This document shows positions 1 to 13,827 of a stretch of 64,000 nt of DNA, one piece after another. The notes beneath the pieces were generated by a model. That model was not told where the DNA came from, ran no database searches, and worked only from the letters and a program-made list of their open reading frames with translations. This DNA is from Lytechinus pictus (Eukaryota), in assembly GCF_037042905.1 (NCBI RefSeq), contig NC_087251.1, forward strand, positions 35,528,001 through 35,592,000, given 5' to 3'. The translations under genes and the position numbers were made by a program. How positions within the stretch are numbered: the first letter of the stretch is position 1; every line of letters begins with the position of its first letter.

Positions 1-3000
1 AGCGTTTTCTAATCATCTGTCTATTCCTGTTGTGGCCACTAGAACAACGTGATGTACGAAATGTGATTAGCATGTTAATGACCACTGCGAATTACTCCTA
101 GCCATTGCCCTCTATTTCAAATTGGATAAATGGAGAGCGTATGGATATTAAGACAAAAACATCCCGGTCTTCTGTGCGCGATATTAATTTAATCAGTTAA
201 TCAATTCTATAGCCGATATGATCCCTCGCATTAAGCACCACAATGTCAAATACACACACACACACACGCATATATATATATGTGTGTTGGGGGTGAGCGT
301 ATGTGTGTGTGCGCGCGTGTGTGTGTTTTATTATAACGTAATGAAATTTGTTTTGCTATTGTTTATGATCTTATAGGCTCTCGTTGGCATCCTTACATAT
401 TATCCTCATGTAATAATCTATTGATTATTTTCATTATATACATTTTATGTATTTTCTAATTGTTTTCTTATGTACCTGAAACGAAAATTAATAAAATTTA
501 AACTCGAAACTTGATTGAAGCAAAATGTCTCGATATGACCTCTTCATGGACAACCATGTCAAGCTCTTAGTACAGTGAGAAATATATAAACTTTTACAAA
601 ATCGCTCTTCATATTCTTTACCTCAGTTGGAATAAGAGAGAGAATCCATTTAATGTAGTACTTCTATAGATTTATTTTCCTCATGATAAGCGTCTCATTA
701 ATCAGCGAGATATATGAGGGAACGTTAATAAAGGGATGGGATCAGATTGTTTTGATTTAATTTATGAGAGCGCGGCACAAACGCCCATACATTATACAGA
801 AGACTTCGAGAGATCTTCATCATTTAAGTAATCTAATTATGTTTTTTCTGTAGGCATTGTGTATTCTCTCAACCTTTTTGAGCATCAGGCATTTGACTGG
901 CAGAACTATGCCTTTGTGAAGTGGGAAAATAGAGAATCGCTATTACTAATTAGCCGTTGCTCAAGGGAAAAATCAAGTTGACCGTAAATACGTTTCCTTT
1001 ATCAAATATATATATATATATAATGTTCGCAAGCGGACAGAAGTTCGGCAGTGGAAGGTGAATGATCCCTTCTCTATTTTGTTTTAATAAATAAAGCAAA
1101 GATAATATAAGAAAGAGCATCGCCACCAAATGACACTTGAGTTCTTTGTATTCATCCTTCAAGCATGCATTTGGAAATCTTGGAATGCATTAGCAGATAT
1201 ATATAAATACGTATAAAACTAGTACACTGGTCCCCTTCTTTAAACAAAACTAAATGTTTGGTGACCTATATCAAATCGGACGAAAACCTCTCGACCCTGT
1301 TAGCGGGTTCTCTCCAAAGAGCGGTCTTCCAATTAATCCTCCACTTCCCATTATTATTCTTCTAGATGACATTAAAGGAATCGGGCGCCATACGTACCCC
1401 CATTTATCCATTTGCACGTCTACAAAGCTATCTCGATCTCCCAGAATACAACTTTGCTTCCATTTAATGCGCGAGTTAACTAACTCATGCGGGGTAGCAT
1501 GTTGCTGTAAATTTCTTCGCTTTCCGGTGCCTTGGAATGCTTCGATATTATGTATAAAAGTCACGTACATTAGCATAATGACTCCTCATGGGCGTCAATC
1601 CCTGCCCCCCCCCCCCGAATGACGACTTTATGAGTAATTATATCGAGTACTGCGATTTCCTCAGATATTTACAGGTCTATATTTAAATATGTATAATGAA
1701 TCGTCTATGACTATTCATACATTTTTTAACAATAAATCTCAGTTTTATTATCGAATTTAATCATTATGTCATGACTTTGTATCATTTTTTTTTCTGCTAG
1801 AAATTGATTAATTTGAATTTGAATTCGAGAATACTATCAATTTCATGAAAGGATTCACAATAGTATTGTAAAAAAGCGTTAGGACAAATAGGTAAGATGG
1901 CAGCCCTCCGACTTCATGAAGGAAATCCTTTTATTTTGAAAGCTCCATGCACAAATATTTTCATTTAGTGTGTATTCCCCTTACTTCGTCATTCACTAGT
2001 GAGCTCACGTGGGTAGTAAATAAGAGCTGTACGTGTGTGGGTGTGTGTGTATGTGTGTAATTTTGTCGGGGGTGTGTTGTGCATTGTGTAGGTATGTGTG
2101 TGTGCGTGCGTTTTCCCCATTCTTAGGGGTTGTGAGCGTTTTGAACAACATATTGCAAGACCTTAAACTGACACAATGAAATAATTCAAAAAGGTGATGC
2201 TTTTTATAGATGGTCACCCCGGTCACCCGAGTGCCCCCCCCCCCCGATAAAATATATAAACATAATTCGCAGTACAAAGTCAGGTTTCTACTACTTTATT
2301 TTATAGAGTTATACAATTTACCCTATAAAATAAACAGGGACTCTACCCGAGAACACCGGTGTGACTATACTGTCCAGTGTGAAACGGGTTTAGATTAAAA
2401 CGCAGTGGACTTTCAGGGTTCGAAGATATACCAAACAATGAGATACTCGCAATAACGACCATCACCTGACCAGAAGGAATGTTGCATATGATTAAATAGA
2501 ATGGAATGGTCAATTTGAGATTTGGAAGGGGGACGTGGAGCTATATATGTCTCCCTTATCCGTAAAGTGCGAAAGGGCATCTACCCACGCAAAATAGATG
2601 TCATTAGGTATACTCCTGTTCATTATCATCAAGCTTGTTATTCCACTCTTCATATACATCAGCCATAAAGCATAACGTCTGACTGGGGGCATAGATATTG
2701 GTTACTCTTATCTCACTTGATGTAGAGGAGGAGAGGGGTGGGGACTATAATGTGATATTTGTTGCATAATTCCGAACTATAAATATTGCGCGTATTTGTA
2801 TAAAGAATGACGTACATTCTATGTAGATCTACCTCATCCCTTATCACAATATCACCCGAATGATGCATTTAATATTTGATCATGTTTTAGCATGCCCTTC
2901 GTGTAAATCATGTAAAGTGATATGAAGAGATCTTTGAAATAATCATTTGTATTTGTTGATTTATCACTTTTCAATTAAATTTAACCGCAAAATGAACTGC

Positions 3001-3042
3001 GTATTACATTTGAAATTTTCCCGATCTTTTCTTTTTATTTTT

Positions 3043-3290
3043 AATAATAATAATAGCTTGATTTATAAAGCGATTTTTGCTTGAGGATACAAAGCAAAGC
3101 GCTGCTATTACTACCCCGGCTTTAGCTCGAGCTTCTAGTTTTTCAACGGCGCTCAGTGCGTTTAAGGAATTAGTCCTGTCAGGTACCAATTCATCTCACC
3201 TGGGTCGAGTGCAGCAAAGTGTGGATAAATTTCTTGCTCAAGGAAAACACGCCAGGATTCGAACCAACGAAAGGCGAGAGCCAGAACCAC
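3043..3290 (-). mobile_element. tRNA-derived SINE, degenerate copy with L2-type tail
   Basis: Shares CTCACCTGGGT.GAGTGCAGCA...TGTGGATAAATTTCTTGCT and CCCCGGCTTTAGCT with the copy at 42678 (and the reverse complement of 7719). B-box remnant GGTTCGAATCC; (TAT)n tail. Confidence 0.8.
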
Positions 3291-4459
3291 TACATCATGT
3301 AGCACCAATATTCACCCAATATCAAGTTGGGCTTTTTTTCCCTGCAGTGTATATATTCATGAACTAAACTAAATCAGACTACACAATTTTAGTAAGCTGT
3401 AAACACGTCATGCACGCAACTATGACGTAGCAATAAAAGTACATTAAATATGCATTGTATTACGGTATATATACGAAGCAATTAATATGCTTTTCCATCG
3501 AGTTATCAAGGTATCGGTGAATTCTGCTTCAATGAGCAAAATCCATTCAATACAGTGAAATTATGAAATGAGTTCAACTTTACCAAATCAAATTACACTG
3601 TGTATGGTATAGAAAGGTGCGTTAGTGTGATACAGCAAAAAGGTGGACTGCGCAGGAATTGTGAGATTATTATCTGTGTTATATATAAAATTGGGGTCGG
3701 GCAAATCGTTTAGGTACAAACATTTTTTTCAATGAATTTAAATATAAAATCATTGTTAGTGAATTTTGATGTGCTATACAGATAACAGATAAATTAAAAA
3801 ATATGTATTATGTCAAGATAACAAAAGTACGTGAAGTCTAGGAGGACCTAATAGCTGTTTAAGTACGATTTACTTGACTTTCTAGCGAGCTTATGTATTC
3901 TTTTATAAATTGTTGATAATGTGCATGAATGCTCTACGTCACATCCGAGAAATTTGGGTGTAATTAAGAAGATCGACATTTACATAAATAACACTGTATC
4001 AACAACCAATCCTTACTTTCGTTCAAATGTGGATCATATGGCATGATTCATATGCATAGCTCAAAAACAATATCCATAGGTATTTATTGGTATGCGGCTT
4101 CCAAAAATTGATAGTTCCTCGGGAATCATGCACCTAGCGACGATGTTTCTCTCTTGCAAGGTAGTATCCATTATCTTTTTGATTCTCGAAACAATGGCAT
4201 ATATTTTATGAATAACACCAAAAGGAATGCTCGTTCTGCACCCATCAGAGTTAAGTCTGGAATCAAACATTTTTTAATGACCATGATCACTGACCCAAAA
4301 GTTTCACAACCAAAGAAGAAAAAAAAGGAAAAAATGGAATGAAATGAAAGGGGAAATTGTAAATTATGAAATTGTTCCCTGTTTTTTTAATACTAATATT
4401 TTAATATTAATATTAATGTCAAAATCTATTACAAAATTAGATTTCCATTTCAAAAAAAG

Positions 4460-5367
4460 AAAATTTTTCGCTAGACTTTTAGGAAATTTGCCTCAAACTC
4501 CCTTTAATATTAATATTAATGCTTTGATCATGCCCCAATTTGATTATTGTGACGTAGTTTGGTCTAATTCTTCTCTCGGTCTCCTTGATAGACTTACCAA
4601 ATTGCATAACAGAATGGCAAGGATGATCTTAGGGGCCCATCCGCGAACTAACATTTGTGATTTATTTTCCGTTCAAAAATGGAAAGATCTCTTTTCCAGA
4701 CGGCATTTACACCGAATGTGTGAAGTATTTAAATGTGTTAATTGTATTTCTCCCCCATATTTAAGTGAAAGGTTTATCAAACCTAATTATGATATAAGAA
4801 CTAGATCAATGTCCACTGCCTCCCTTCAGGTAAATAGTGCTCCTCTACATAATAATAGTGGCAAGAGGACTTTTCAGTACATTGGGACCACAGAATGGAA
4901 TAATCTTAGGAAAGATCAACGCCAGGCTATGTCCCTCAATTTATTCCGTGCCTCGTTTAACAAATGAAAAATTGATAGGCCTTGCAATGCAAGAGGAGTA
5001 ACACTGTGTTATTGATTCATATTTATATTCTAATTTGGCTAACATTCTAATCTCTACTCAAATTATTACCAATTAAATGAACATTACTCTGTTACCAGTC
5101 ATCCATCCTTTTCCCGTTAAACCGTATATTATGCAGCAGTTTCCAATAGCCTTTTCCTTTGTCTGTTTCTTGAAATTCAATATTGATCTTTTATTGGATT
5201 GTATTTTTAATTTTGTTGTTTAAGTGTATGCCATTTTGATTTATGTATTCATTGTTTGTAAATATTGTACATATTGATTTTTATCTCAGGGCCCTCAAGG
5301 ACAGCAGTTTGGTAACTGATGAGGCCACCCTGATTAAATAAAACTGAAAATAAAATAAATTAATAAA
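4460..5367 (+). mobile_element. 5'-truncated LINE 3' end (L2/CR1 group, Crack-like): ORF2 C-terminus plus 3'UTR stem-loop
   Basis: ORF 4344-4967 has PQFDYCDVVW, LHNRMARMILG, PPYL and GKRTFQYIGTTEWNNL, typical of the post-RT region. 3' stem-loop CAGGG...CCCTG at 5287-5332, then an AATAA-rich tail. The 5' boundary is approximate. Confidence 0.85.
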
Positions 5368-6165
5368 TATCCCTCAAAATGTTAGGATCATTAAGCCACT
5401 GGTCATTATTGTGCTAAATTAATTTTGTTTGCATTATGGCGCTTAAAATTTAACCACAAGCAGGTTCATATCCTTAATAAACAAGACAGTTACGAGTCGC
5501 ATGACATAAATTTGAGGATGTGACTGATAATAGCGAAATGACTTTGGTTTTAAAGGATTCTTTAAATCATGAGCAGATTGATAAGCTCTTATACTAACCC
5601 CAGAAGAGACACCGCCTCCTCTCGCTTAAGAAAAAAAAACAGCTGAAAAGCGTGAATATAATAATTGCCTAGGCCTGTAACCTTTTGTGAAAGTGGGTTC
5701 AATGAAAAAGTCAATATCGTTCTTTAATTTTACACTTTTTATATCAACTTAATTACATAGTCATTCACTTGTCCTGTCCCCGCTCATCTACTTGATAAAT
5801 AGGCGACTGAACTTATGGAAAATTACTTGTATTATAAAGTTTATCAGTGTCACGGAGAGCGTTAAAGTTTGGGAAGCCATAATATATACGACATTTAATG
5901 CAGTGGGCCTTCTTAATTTTGATAAGTGATATATGTTTCTAAAAATTATTGAGATTGCTTACGGCTATTTTTCAAACTCTAAAACCTCAGTATAAATCAT
6001 GATGAGTGTATAACACTCACACATCATGGTATGCCGTAAAAGACAGACGTTAAAAAGGGATATAAAGTTACAAAATGCTCGTAGACACCTGTCATTTACT
6101 TAAAATGCCAATCATTATGGCTACATTGTCATGTAGTTATTGTAAAGACCTCGGCCAAAGCTTAA

Positions 6166-6694
6166 AAGACAAGTCTACCACAACAAAAAGTTGATTCAAA
6201 TAAAAAGAGAAAAATCCAATAAGCATTATACTGAAAATTTCATCAAAATGACATTTTAAAGTTTCGCTTAATTTCACAAAAAGAGTGATATGCACATCCC
6301 GGTCGGTATTCAAATGAGGGAACTGATGACACCACTCACTCACCATTTCTTTTGCATTTTATTACATTAAATCTTCCTGAACATAGTGGAATTACCACTG
6401 TTTGAAATTTTATGGTTCAGTCAAGTTTGTCCTTCTTGTCAAATCTGTAGAAATTGAAATATTGTATAATTCAAACAATAATAAACAAAATAAATAGTGA
6501 GTGAGAGACACTATCGATTCTCTCATTAACATGTGACTAAATTGTGCATATAACTATTTTGTGAAAAATACGTGAAACTTTAAAATGTCTTAACTTTCTT
6601 ATTTTATATCCGATTTTGAGGTTTTTCAGCATTATGCTTGTCTGATTTTTCTCTATTGATTCAAATCAAAAATTTTCTGAGGTGGACTTGACCT
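6166..6694. mobile_element. Non-autonomous DNA transposon, Kolobok-like
   Basis: TTAA|AAGACAAGTCTACC ... GGTGGACTTGACCT|TTAC with imperfect long inverted arms; internally similar to the element at 8712. Confidence 0.7.
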
Positions 6695-7718
6695 TTACAG
6701 TTAAATTGACGAATCAAAAGCATGTAAGCTACAAAATAAACCAAGAGAATTGTTTTTGCATATTCGCCTCTTTCCAGAGAGCTGAAAATATTTGCTTGAG
6801 AAAAAAATAATAAATGAGAGGGTTTCGAGAAGAAGATTTATTATGCTTCTGAAATGTATGTGACGTCATACTGAGGGCTATAATTGCATTATGATTTTAT
6901 GATTGTAGGTAGAAAAGTTTTAATTTACATCTTCGCTTATGTTAGTGGTCTTTAAGCCATACATGTAGATCATCGGAAAAGTAATTAAGTATTTTGCGCG
7001 CTTTTCTTTCTATGATAATGGGAGAATTTTGACCTGACTAATGGGGCAAAATGCTATACGAATACACTATAGGTTAATTAAATCGTATTAACAATTCATT
7101 CAAATAGCATGTATCTTTGATCAACTTAGGTTGCAGAGCCCCATTAAACATAGGATACTCCATGTGTATAAACTTCAAAGACTCAAAATGATGAAAACTA
7201 GATATTTGTATGATACTGTCGTGAATTCATTCCAAATGATATAAGCCAGGAACACTGTAAATATAGGTCTTCGAATAAATACTAGCCAGGCATGTATACG
7301 GTATAAGGCGAATGGCATTGGAATCTGTCCTGCAATTTCTTTGCCTGTCACATATCAAACAGTCAAGTGCTCGAAATACAATTATAAACAAACAGAACAA
7401 ATTCTAGACTCCATTCGAGGTAGCGTGCAGTCAATTTATTCTTATCAGCAGATCCCGAAATGTTAAAGTTATCATAAACGCAGGTTTAATTTTTGTAGAA
7501 AAGTCAAAATTCAAAGCGCATACATACATACATAATGAAAAGAACTAACATTGAATGCCGGCGATTATATACGTAAAAGCACGAGGATTAATCGCCAAAT
7601 TAGATCATAACTTTCGACTAAATTATCTAAACAATTTTTAAAGTTTTGTACTCTTTTGTAGGCCCAAAAAACTAAAATTCAAAGTAAAACAGCGATATCC
7701 GTAATATCATATCACAAC

Positions 7719-7990
7719 GTGGAGCGTTGTGGCCCAGTGGATTAGTCTTCGGACTTTGAAACAGAGGGTCGTGGGTTCGAATCCCAGCCATGGCGTAATT
7801 TCCTTCAGCAAGAAACTGATCCACAATGTGCTGCACTCAACCCAGGTGAGGTAAATGGGTACCGGTAGGAATTAATTCCTTAAAAAGCTGTGTGCGCTAT
7901 GAACGCCTAGCTTAGCCGGGTAATATAGGAGCGCCTTGAGCACCTAACAAGGTGGATATGTGCGCAATATAAATACCCTATATTATTATA
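7719..7990 (+). mobile_element. tRNA-derived SINE, full length, L2-type tail
   Basis: A box TGGCCCAGTGG, B box GGTTCGAATCC, central domain ...CTCAACCCAGGTGAGGTAAATGGGTACC, tail GAGCGCCTTGAG...GCGCAATATAAAT then (TAT)n. Two further copies lie in the window. Confidence 0.9.
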
Positions 7991-7992
7991 TA

Positions 7993-8335
7993 AAAATGAG
8001 TAATTAACTTCTAAAAATGTCGACATTGCCTCATCGAAAATTTTCAAACACAATTGGATTAACAACTCGAAAATATGTCGACATTGCCTCCTCGAAAATT
8101 TCAAAACAATGGGTTTTCAATTCCAGAAATGCCGACACTGCCTCCTCGAAATTTTCAATCAAAATGAGTTATTAACTATAAAAAAAATGTCGACGTAGCC
8201 TCCTCGAAAATATCACACAGAATGTGTTTTAAACTCCAAAAACACCGGCATTTCCTCCTCGAAATTTTCAAACAAAAATGGGTAATCAACCCCAAAATGA
8301 TGCCGAAATTTGCCTCCATGAGAATTTAACAAGAA
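7993..8335. repeat. Minisatellite, about 6 units of about 56 bp
   Basis: The core AAATGTCGACATTGCCTCCTCGAAAATTTTCAA recurs at about 8014, 8070, 8126, 8184, 8238 and 8295. Confidence 0.85.
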
Positions 8336-8711
8336 AAAAGCCCTGCTAATTATGCCAAATACGTACACGAATATGATCCATACTCACTGTAATATTAAAT
8401 TTTCCATTTACCATCCGAAATGCCTAGTTCGGATCCAATTATACTTGCGATTAGTATGATAATATTAAACTTCGCATTGACCCTTGATAAATTCAAAGAG
8501 GAAATGATCAAATTACTCTTTGTATCAAAATCCCTCCCATCTTAAAGAAATTAATATCATCTTATAATTCCTTGGGATTTGCTTTGATCTTTATTCATGA
8601 CTCCACAATTTCTATAATTATGTGTTGATTCTTTCTGTTGGACCTAGTCACTCATCTACGTCCTTGCCCGATTCCTTCCTATATATATCACTTTTTTTCA
8701 CCACTCCTTAA

Positions 8712-9852
8712 AGGGGCACTTGGGGCTGAAAATAGTTGTATCTGAATTAATAGAGTAAAATTCACAAAGCAAAATGCTTAAAATTTCATCGAAATGTGGT
8801 GACAAGTTATCAAATTTTAAAGATTAGCAATATTCTTTGAATAAAGTTATGTGCATGTCGTCATGAATATTCATTAGGTGGGCTTACGATGTCATATCCA
8901 CACTTAACTTTTTCTTATGTTATTACATAAAATCTAAAATCATAATTGTTTAATATTTTCAGACATAAGTGTATGAATATCTCCTTTGTAATAAAACAAA
9001 TCGCACCAATGAATATCCAATGCATTGAATCAGCTGTCAATCCAATTTATTTAATTCATGGAGGACAAAATTTGAATAAACATAATTGTATATAATCAAC
9101 TACAAAAGAACGAGGGGGATGTGTAACTATATTAAACAAATTAATATGCAACAAATAACAAGACAAATTTATTAAGATTATTTTTGCTCTTTTTATTTGC
9201 AGGTAAACAAAATAATACATCCGAATATATAACTTGAAGAGTCAGTTCTGATTAATTCAAATAATATATATATCAGAGTTGACTGGCAAAGATTCCTTAG
9301 ATTAAAGTCCACAATGCTGGCGATGATGAAATTGATGTTGTAATGCGATGGATGATTAGAGTTACTGTAACGAGTGGAAATGTCCGTGAAGACGAAGTTG
9401 ATGATGATAAACAGTCGATCTCAGCAATCCATGGGTTGAAAAATGTTCTTAAGAACAGGTTGATAATCTTGATGAGAACTGAGAATTCCTTTCTCAAAAT
9501 AACTGCAAACAGTTCACTGATGGTGTGCAAATATTTCCACATAAGTTTTGATCTCCTTGAAGAAAGTACCAGCTTTTATCCTCACATTATCCTTAAAGTA
9601 AAATATGACTAAATGGATGACTGTAATTTCTCTTTCAATTTTTCTTATACGTAAAAGATGTGACATCATCAATTTGCTCATTGAATGTTCATAAAGAATG
9701 CAAAGAACTTTTTCACTTAAAAATGCAAGTCTTTAAAATGTCATAACTTTGTTATTCCTTGGCCGATTTCGATCAAATTTTCAGTGTTTTGTTTGCCTGA
9801 TTTTTTTTACTTTATCCGTTCAAATCATATTATCTCAGTTTGGAGTACACCT
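8712..9852. mobile_element. Non-autonomous DNA transposon, Kolobok-like, carrying an internal insertion (about 9124-9656)
   Basis: TTAA|AGGGGCACTTGGGGCTGA ... TCAGTTTGGAGTACACCT|TTAA; arms are similar to those of 6166-6694. Confidence 0.7.
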
Positions 9853-10546
9853 TTAAAATCTGACGAATTCGGTTCACCGACAGTGCCCTGGAAATTAAGG
9901 AAGTTTGTGGCATTTCAGGCAACGCTGGGACGCTATTTTTAACGCTAGCACACCGCACCTGCCCGATACTCAGATTGGGTTTCGCATGAATGAAAGTCCG
10001 ACAGATAATCCACTCCTTATCACCGTGTTTTCCCGGCGAGAATTATTCACAAACAAGGGCAAAGGAAAGCAAAGAATCGATCCTATTGCACGGAGAAAAT
10101 GGTCAGCGTAAGTTATCTCTATCAGACTATATACAGGAAAAAGTATAATGCCCGCTGTTTAGATTTGCAGCAAGTTATCCCCTCTTAAGAATAACTCCGG
10201 CCTATCCATTAAAATATGTCACAGGAATGTTTGTTTTAATTTTTATGACGACGGACAGAATATGTTTTGAACTCTAATTATCATGAGAATGGTGCGTGAG
10301 ACGTGGAAAAGTAAGCTGAAGTTACGGTACCCCCAACAAATATTGTACATGTACAGTGTTCTATCAGGATCAACAAAAGTCCTACGAATAGTTTGTTGTA
10401 GGAATAGCTATCATGTGAATGCATTGAAAATTTGCACGTTGCCCTACGTCGGAATACAGTCATAAAATTTGAAAACAAATAATAAAATGAAAACCATTTC
10501 GTTTGTTATATTCAAACAATTCCGGTCGTTCATATAGAGAAATATA

Positions 10547-10800
10547 CACACTAAGGAATTTTTTAACCCTAAATAAAACACTTGTACCAAACTTTTGGAG
10601 GTGTAATCTTGCACCTAAGTGAAAAAGGTGCAAAAATGCACCCGTTTTATTGTTATTTGCACCCAAAAATGCCCGTTTACACCCTATATGGCGCTTAATA
10701 TAGCTATAATATACCCTTAAGGTGCACAAATGAGCACAGTTGCACCCATTCATTGTACCAACCCCTAGGGATCAAATTTGAACTCTTATTTCTTAGTGTG
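10547..10800. mobile_element. MITE with CACACTAAG termini, TA flanks (CACTA/EnSpm-like)
   Basis: TA|CACACTAAGGAAT ... ATTTCTTAGTGTG|TA; internal TGCACC repeats. Confidence 0.75.
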
Positions 10801-11512
10801 TATAAGTTAAAGAATGACTACGAAACACTGCCTATTGTTTATATTGCTATCTTTTATCTATATTCAAGTAAAATATAAAATGAGAAAAGAACATGCAGTT
10901 GTTAACACAAAGAACAATTGCAAAGCTTAATACTTATGGAGCCCGTCAATGAATGTCAAAATATATATTCTAGACGTATAAGTATTTCCATAAACAAAGA
11001 AATTATGCATGACATATAACGCAGTGTTTCGTGCTTTGACAACAATATTCATCTTCTGATAATGGATAAAGGAGTAAATTAGTACTTAAATTCTCATAAA
11101 TTATTCTAACAGGTTCAATTAATCTACATTTTCCAGTTGACTGTAAGAGAGTAAGGAATAAGTGAATGTGAACATGATAATGATACCTTTCTAAAAACAA
11201 ACCGCGTGTTTTGTATTTCTTCTTTTTTTCTAGTTACATCACGACCATTAGTATTTTAGACTTCTGTATTACCACTACTATACTATAATAATAATAGTAA
11301 TAATAATAATAACAATAATAATATTTAAATTGTAATGATTATATTGATATTAGTAACATTGATAGTGTTATTGAATCTTTAATTTTTTATGATGTATTCG
11401 CCATAAATCATCTTTATTAGATGTGAATATACTCAGCATTAACAATTTTCAAAAATCTTAAACTAATTTGCATCCTAGTGTAGTACAAACGCATTCAATA
11501 GATTCACTACGC

Positions 11513-11715
11513 GTTTCCATGACATTTTCTCCGGCGACAATTGCTCCGATTGAAAATATGCACGTTAAAACCCAACTTCGATAAAAAAAAAAAAACCTTA
11601 ATCATTATCTTAACATGATTCTGAGCCAAATTCTATTACAATCCTAACTCTAACCCTATGCCCTCTGAGATATCAAGACCGGGGCAAATGTCGCAGGAGC
11701 AATTGTCGTGTCATC
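11513..11715 (+). mobile_element. Non-autonomous DNA element with 8-bp TSD (family also at 46762 and 50458)
   Basis: GACAATTGCTCC/GGAGCAATTGTC subterminal inverted repeats, CCTAA-rich interior; flanks CACTACGC/CACTACAC. Confidence 0.8.
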
Positions 11716-11757
11716 CACTACACGCCTTTATTTTGACAAAATATAATGTATATTACT

Positions 11758-11931
11758 CAGGGGCGGATCCAGGATTTTTCAAAAGGGGGCATGCTTGTAC
11801 ATAAAAAATTAAACACTATCAAAATCGAGGTCATTGTGTATACATGACATATTCCCCCAAAAAATGTTGTGCCTCTCAAAGGAGGGATAGGGGGCACGGA
11901 TCGGATGTGCCCCTACCTGCATCCACCACTG
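11758..11931. mobile_element. hAT-like MITE
   Basis: CAGGGGCGGATCCAGG ... CCTGCATCCACCACTG terminal inverted repeats; TSD unclear. Confidence 0.65.
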
Positions 11932-12757
11932 TGTATACGTTAAATTACATAGAATGTGCCAAATAGCATGCAAAAACATGTACAACAGCTTTAGCAACAC
12001 CTCTCTTTCAAAATGTTGTGAGATTATTAGAAATAGAGAACAATATACACAATAAGTACTTTCGTTATAGGAGATGGCTTTTCGATTAAAATTTATTCCA
12101 TAGAGAAAAGACCCATCGATAAGTTAGAAGCCATACGTACGTCCCGTGTTACAGTAAATTCGAAGGTTCAAATCTACTCATGACTTTGTAATGAGTTCAG
12201 CAAGTAAGCCATTTCACAGGGGGCGCGTTCCGATTTTTTTCTCCGTGCGATAACTTTATTAAAGTTGTGCGTTTTGTGTGTTTTGTGCGTTGTGCGCAGC
12301 CCATTCGGTCGTAATCAGATGGATAGAAGACAAATACTTAGGAGATCCCATTAAAGAAGCTTTTAGATTCAGCACTAAGGCCTCTGTCTCACGGGGCCAA
12401 TTTGGCATGCTCCTTTTATTTTATTCATGCTTTGCAGAACGTATAGCATGCACCGTAAATGTCACCGATAAGAATATTAAAGAGAAAAAATAGAAAGAAG
12501 ACGAGCAGTAGGTCACAATGGAAGGTACTATATAGAAGTATCAAAACAAGGCCAAAAAACTCCCTCAGCTGGTTAGCAGTGATTCTGTTTTTACCGCAAG
12601 GTCATCATACATTAGTGATATGAACTCCCAGTCCTGTTGACTCCATTTAAACATCTCTCATTTCTTCCGCTGGATTCTTGTTATATACCACCATATATCA
12701 TTCAGTCATCATAATCAAGCATCAGGCCAGATATGACTATTATCAAAGACATATAGA

Positions 12758-12950
12758 CAGGGAGGCGCTAAAGGGGGAGGGTTGACCGCCCCTGTCTGAT
12801 TTTTCAGGTATTGAAAAAATAAGAACGGAAGAAAGGGGGAGAGAGAAGAAAGAAGAGTGACAAAATGAGTGGTCTGAGTCATATCATTCGATCCTTGTAA
12901 ATCAAATGCTCACCCCCCCCCCCCATCAATAAATCCTGACGCCTCCCCTG
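12758..12950. mobile_element. hAT-like MITE
   Basis: CAGGGAGGCG ... CGCCTCCCCTG; flanks CATATAGA/TATATCGA (degenerate 8-bp TSD). Confidence 0.6.
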
Positions 12951-13827
12951 TATATCGACGAAGGCAGACATGAAAAATAACAGCAACAATTTAAAAGAAA
13001 ATATATTTATTTTCAAACTAGATAGGGCTATAACAAAATGAAATTCAACCCTCCTTTATTTTATCAAATATACGAACTAATATCATCTACAACATAACAT
13101 ATCAAAATCAAATTATCATTCTGTCAATTTTCCATCACGTTATTATCGCCACAATGCGCTTAAGCGCCTTTCTACGTCATACACAACTTCAATATCCTTT
13201 GAAATGGGTAGAAAGTATATTGAGGCAGAAAGCTTCATGTGGAATTAGGGTTTTATGGATGTGATCATGAGCACATTATTTTCAAAATTGATAACGATTT
13301 ACTTTGATTGTTTGTGTACCACATACAATCTATTCACAAAACACCCAATAGATAACAGTATAGCAACAAACAAAATCAGAGCTAATGGGGTTTTAGCTCA
13401 CCTATGCACTCAAACCAATTTTAGCAATAGAAATATACGAAGTTTTTAGTATTGCGTTATGATCAGTGTTCATACAAAAGAAAAATCATCGCAAAATAAT
13501 TGAAGTATTATGTTACAATGTACTTTCACGGTTGACTGCTTTGAGCAAGTCATAGAATCTGCATGTGTCTTAGGCATGATAGTTTCCGGATAGAGACAGG
13601 GCATTAGTGACGCCTATACGAAATTTTAGGAAATCCAAACGTTATTTTCTTTCAAAGCTTGAATGCATTGTCAGATTTAAAAAATATATATATATTCTAT
13701 CATTAAACACATTGGAAGTGAGTAATTGATATGTGGATAGAGTATACACCCTTAGTCAAATGCCTCTCCATCAATGTTAAAATTTTAAGGAATTCAGATC
13801 TTCGAAAAAAAAAAAGAAGACTTGTTT

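Noticed and set aside
7721..7792. tRNA gene-like sequence with A and B boxes (also 42897-42969 on the minus strand)
   Set aside because: It continues directly into a shared SINE body and tail, lacks a proper acceptor stem and has no T-run terminator, so it is a SINE head rather than a tRNA gene.
7993..8335. Regularly spaced repeats of about 33 bp resembling a CRISPR array
   Set aside because: The locus is eukaryotic, the repeats are degenerate, the spacers resemble one another and there are no cas genes; it is a minisatellite.
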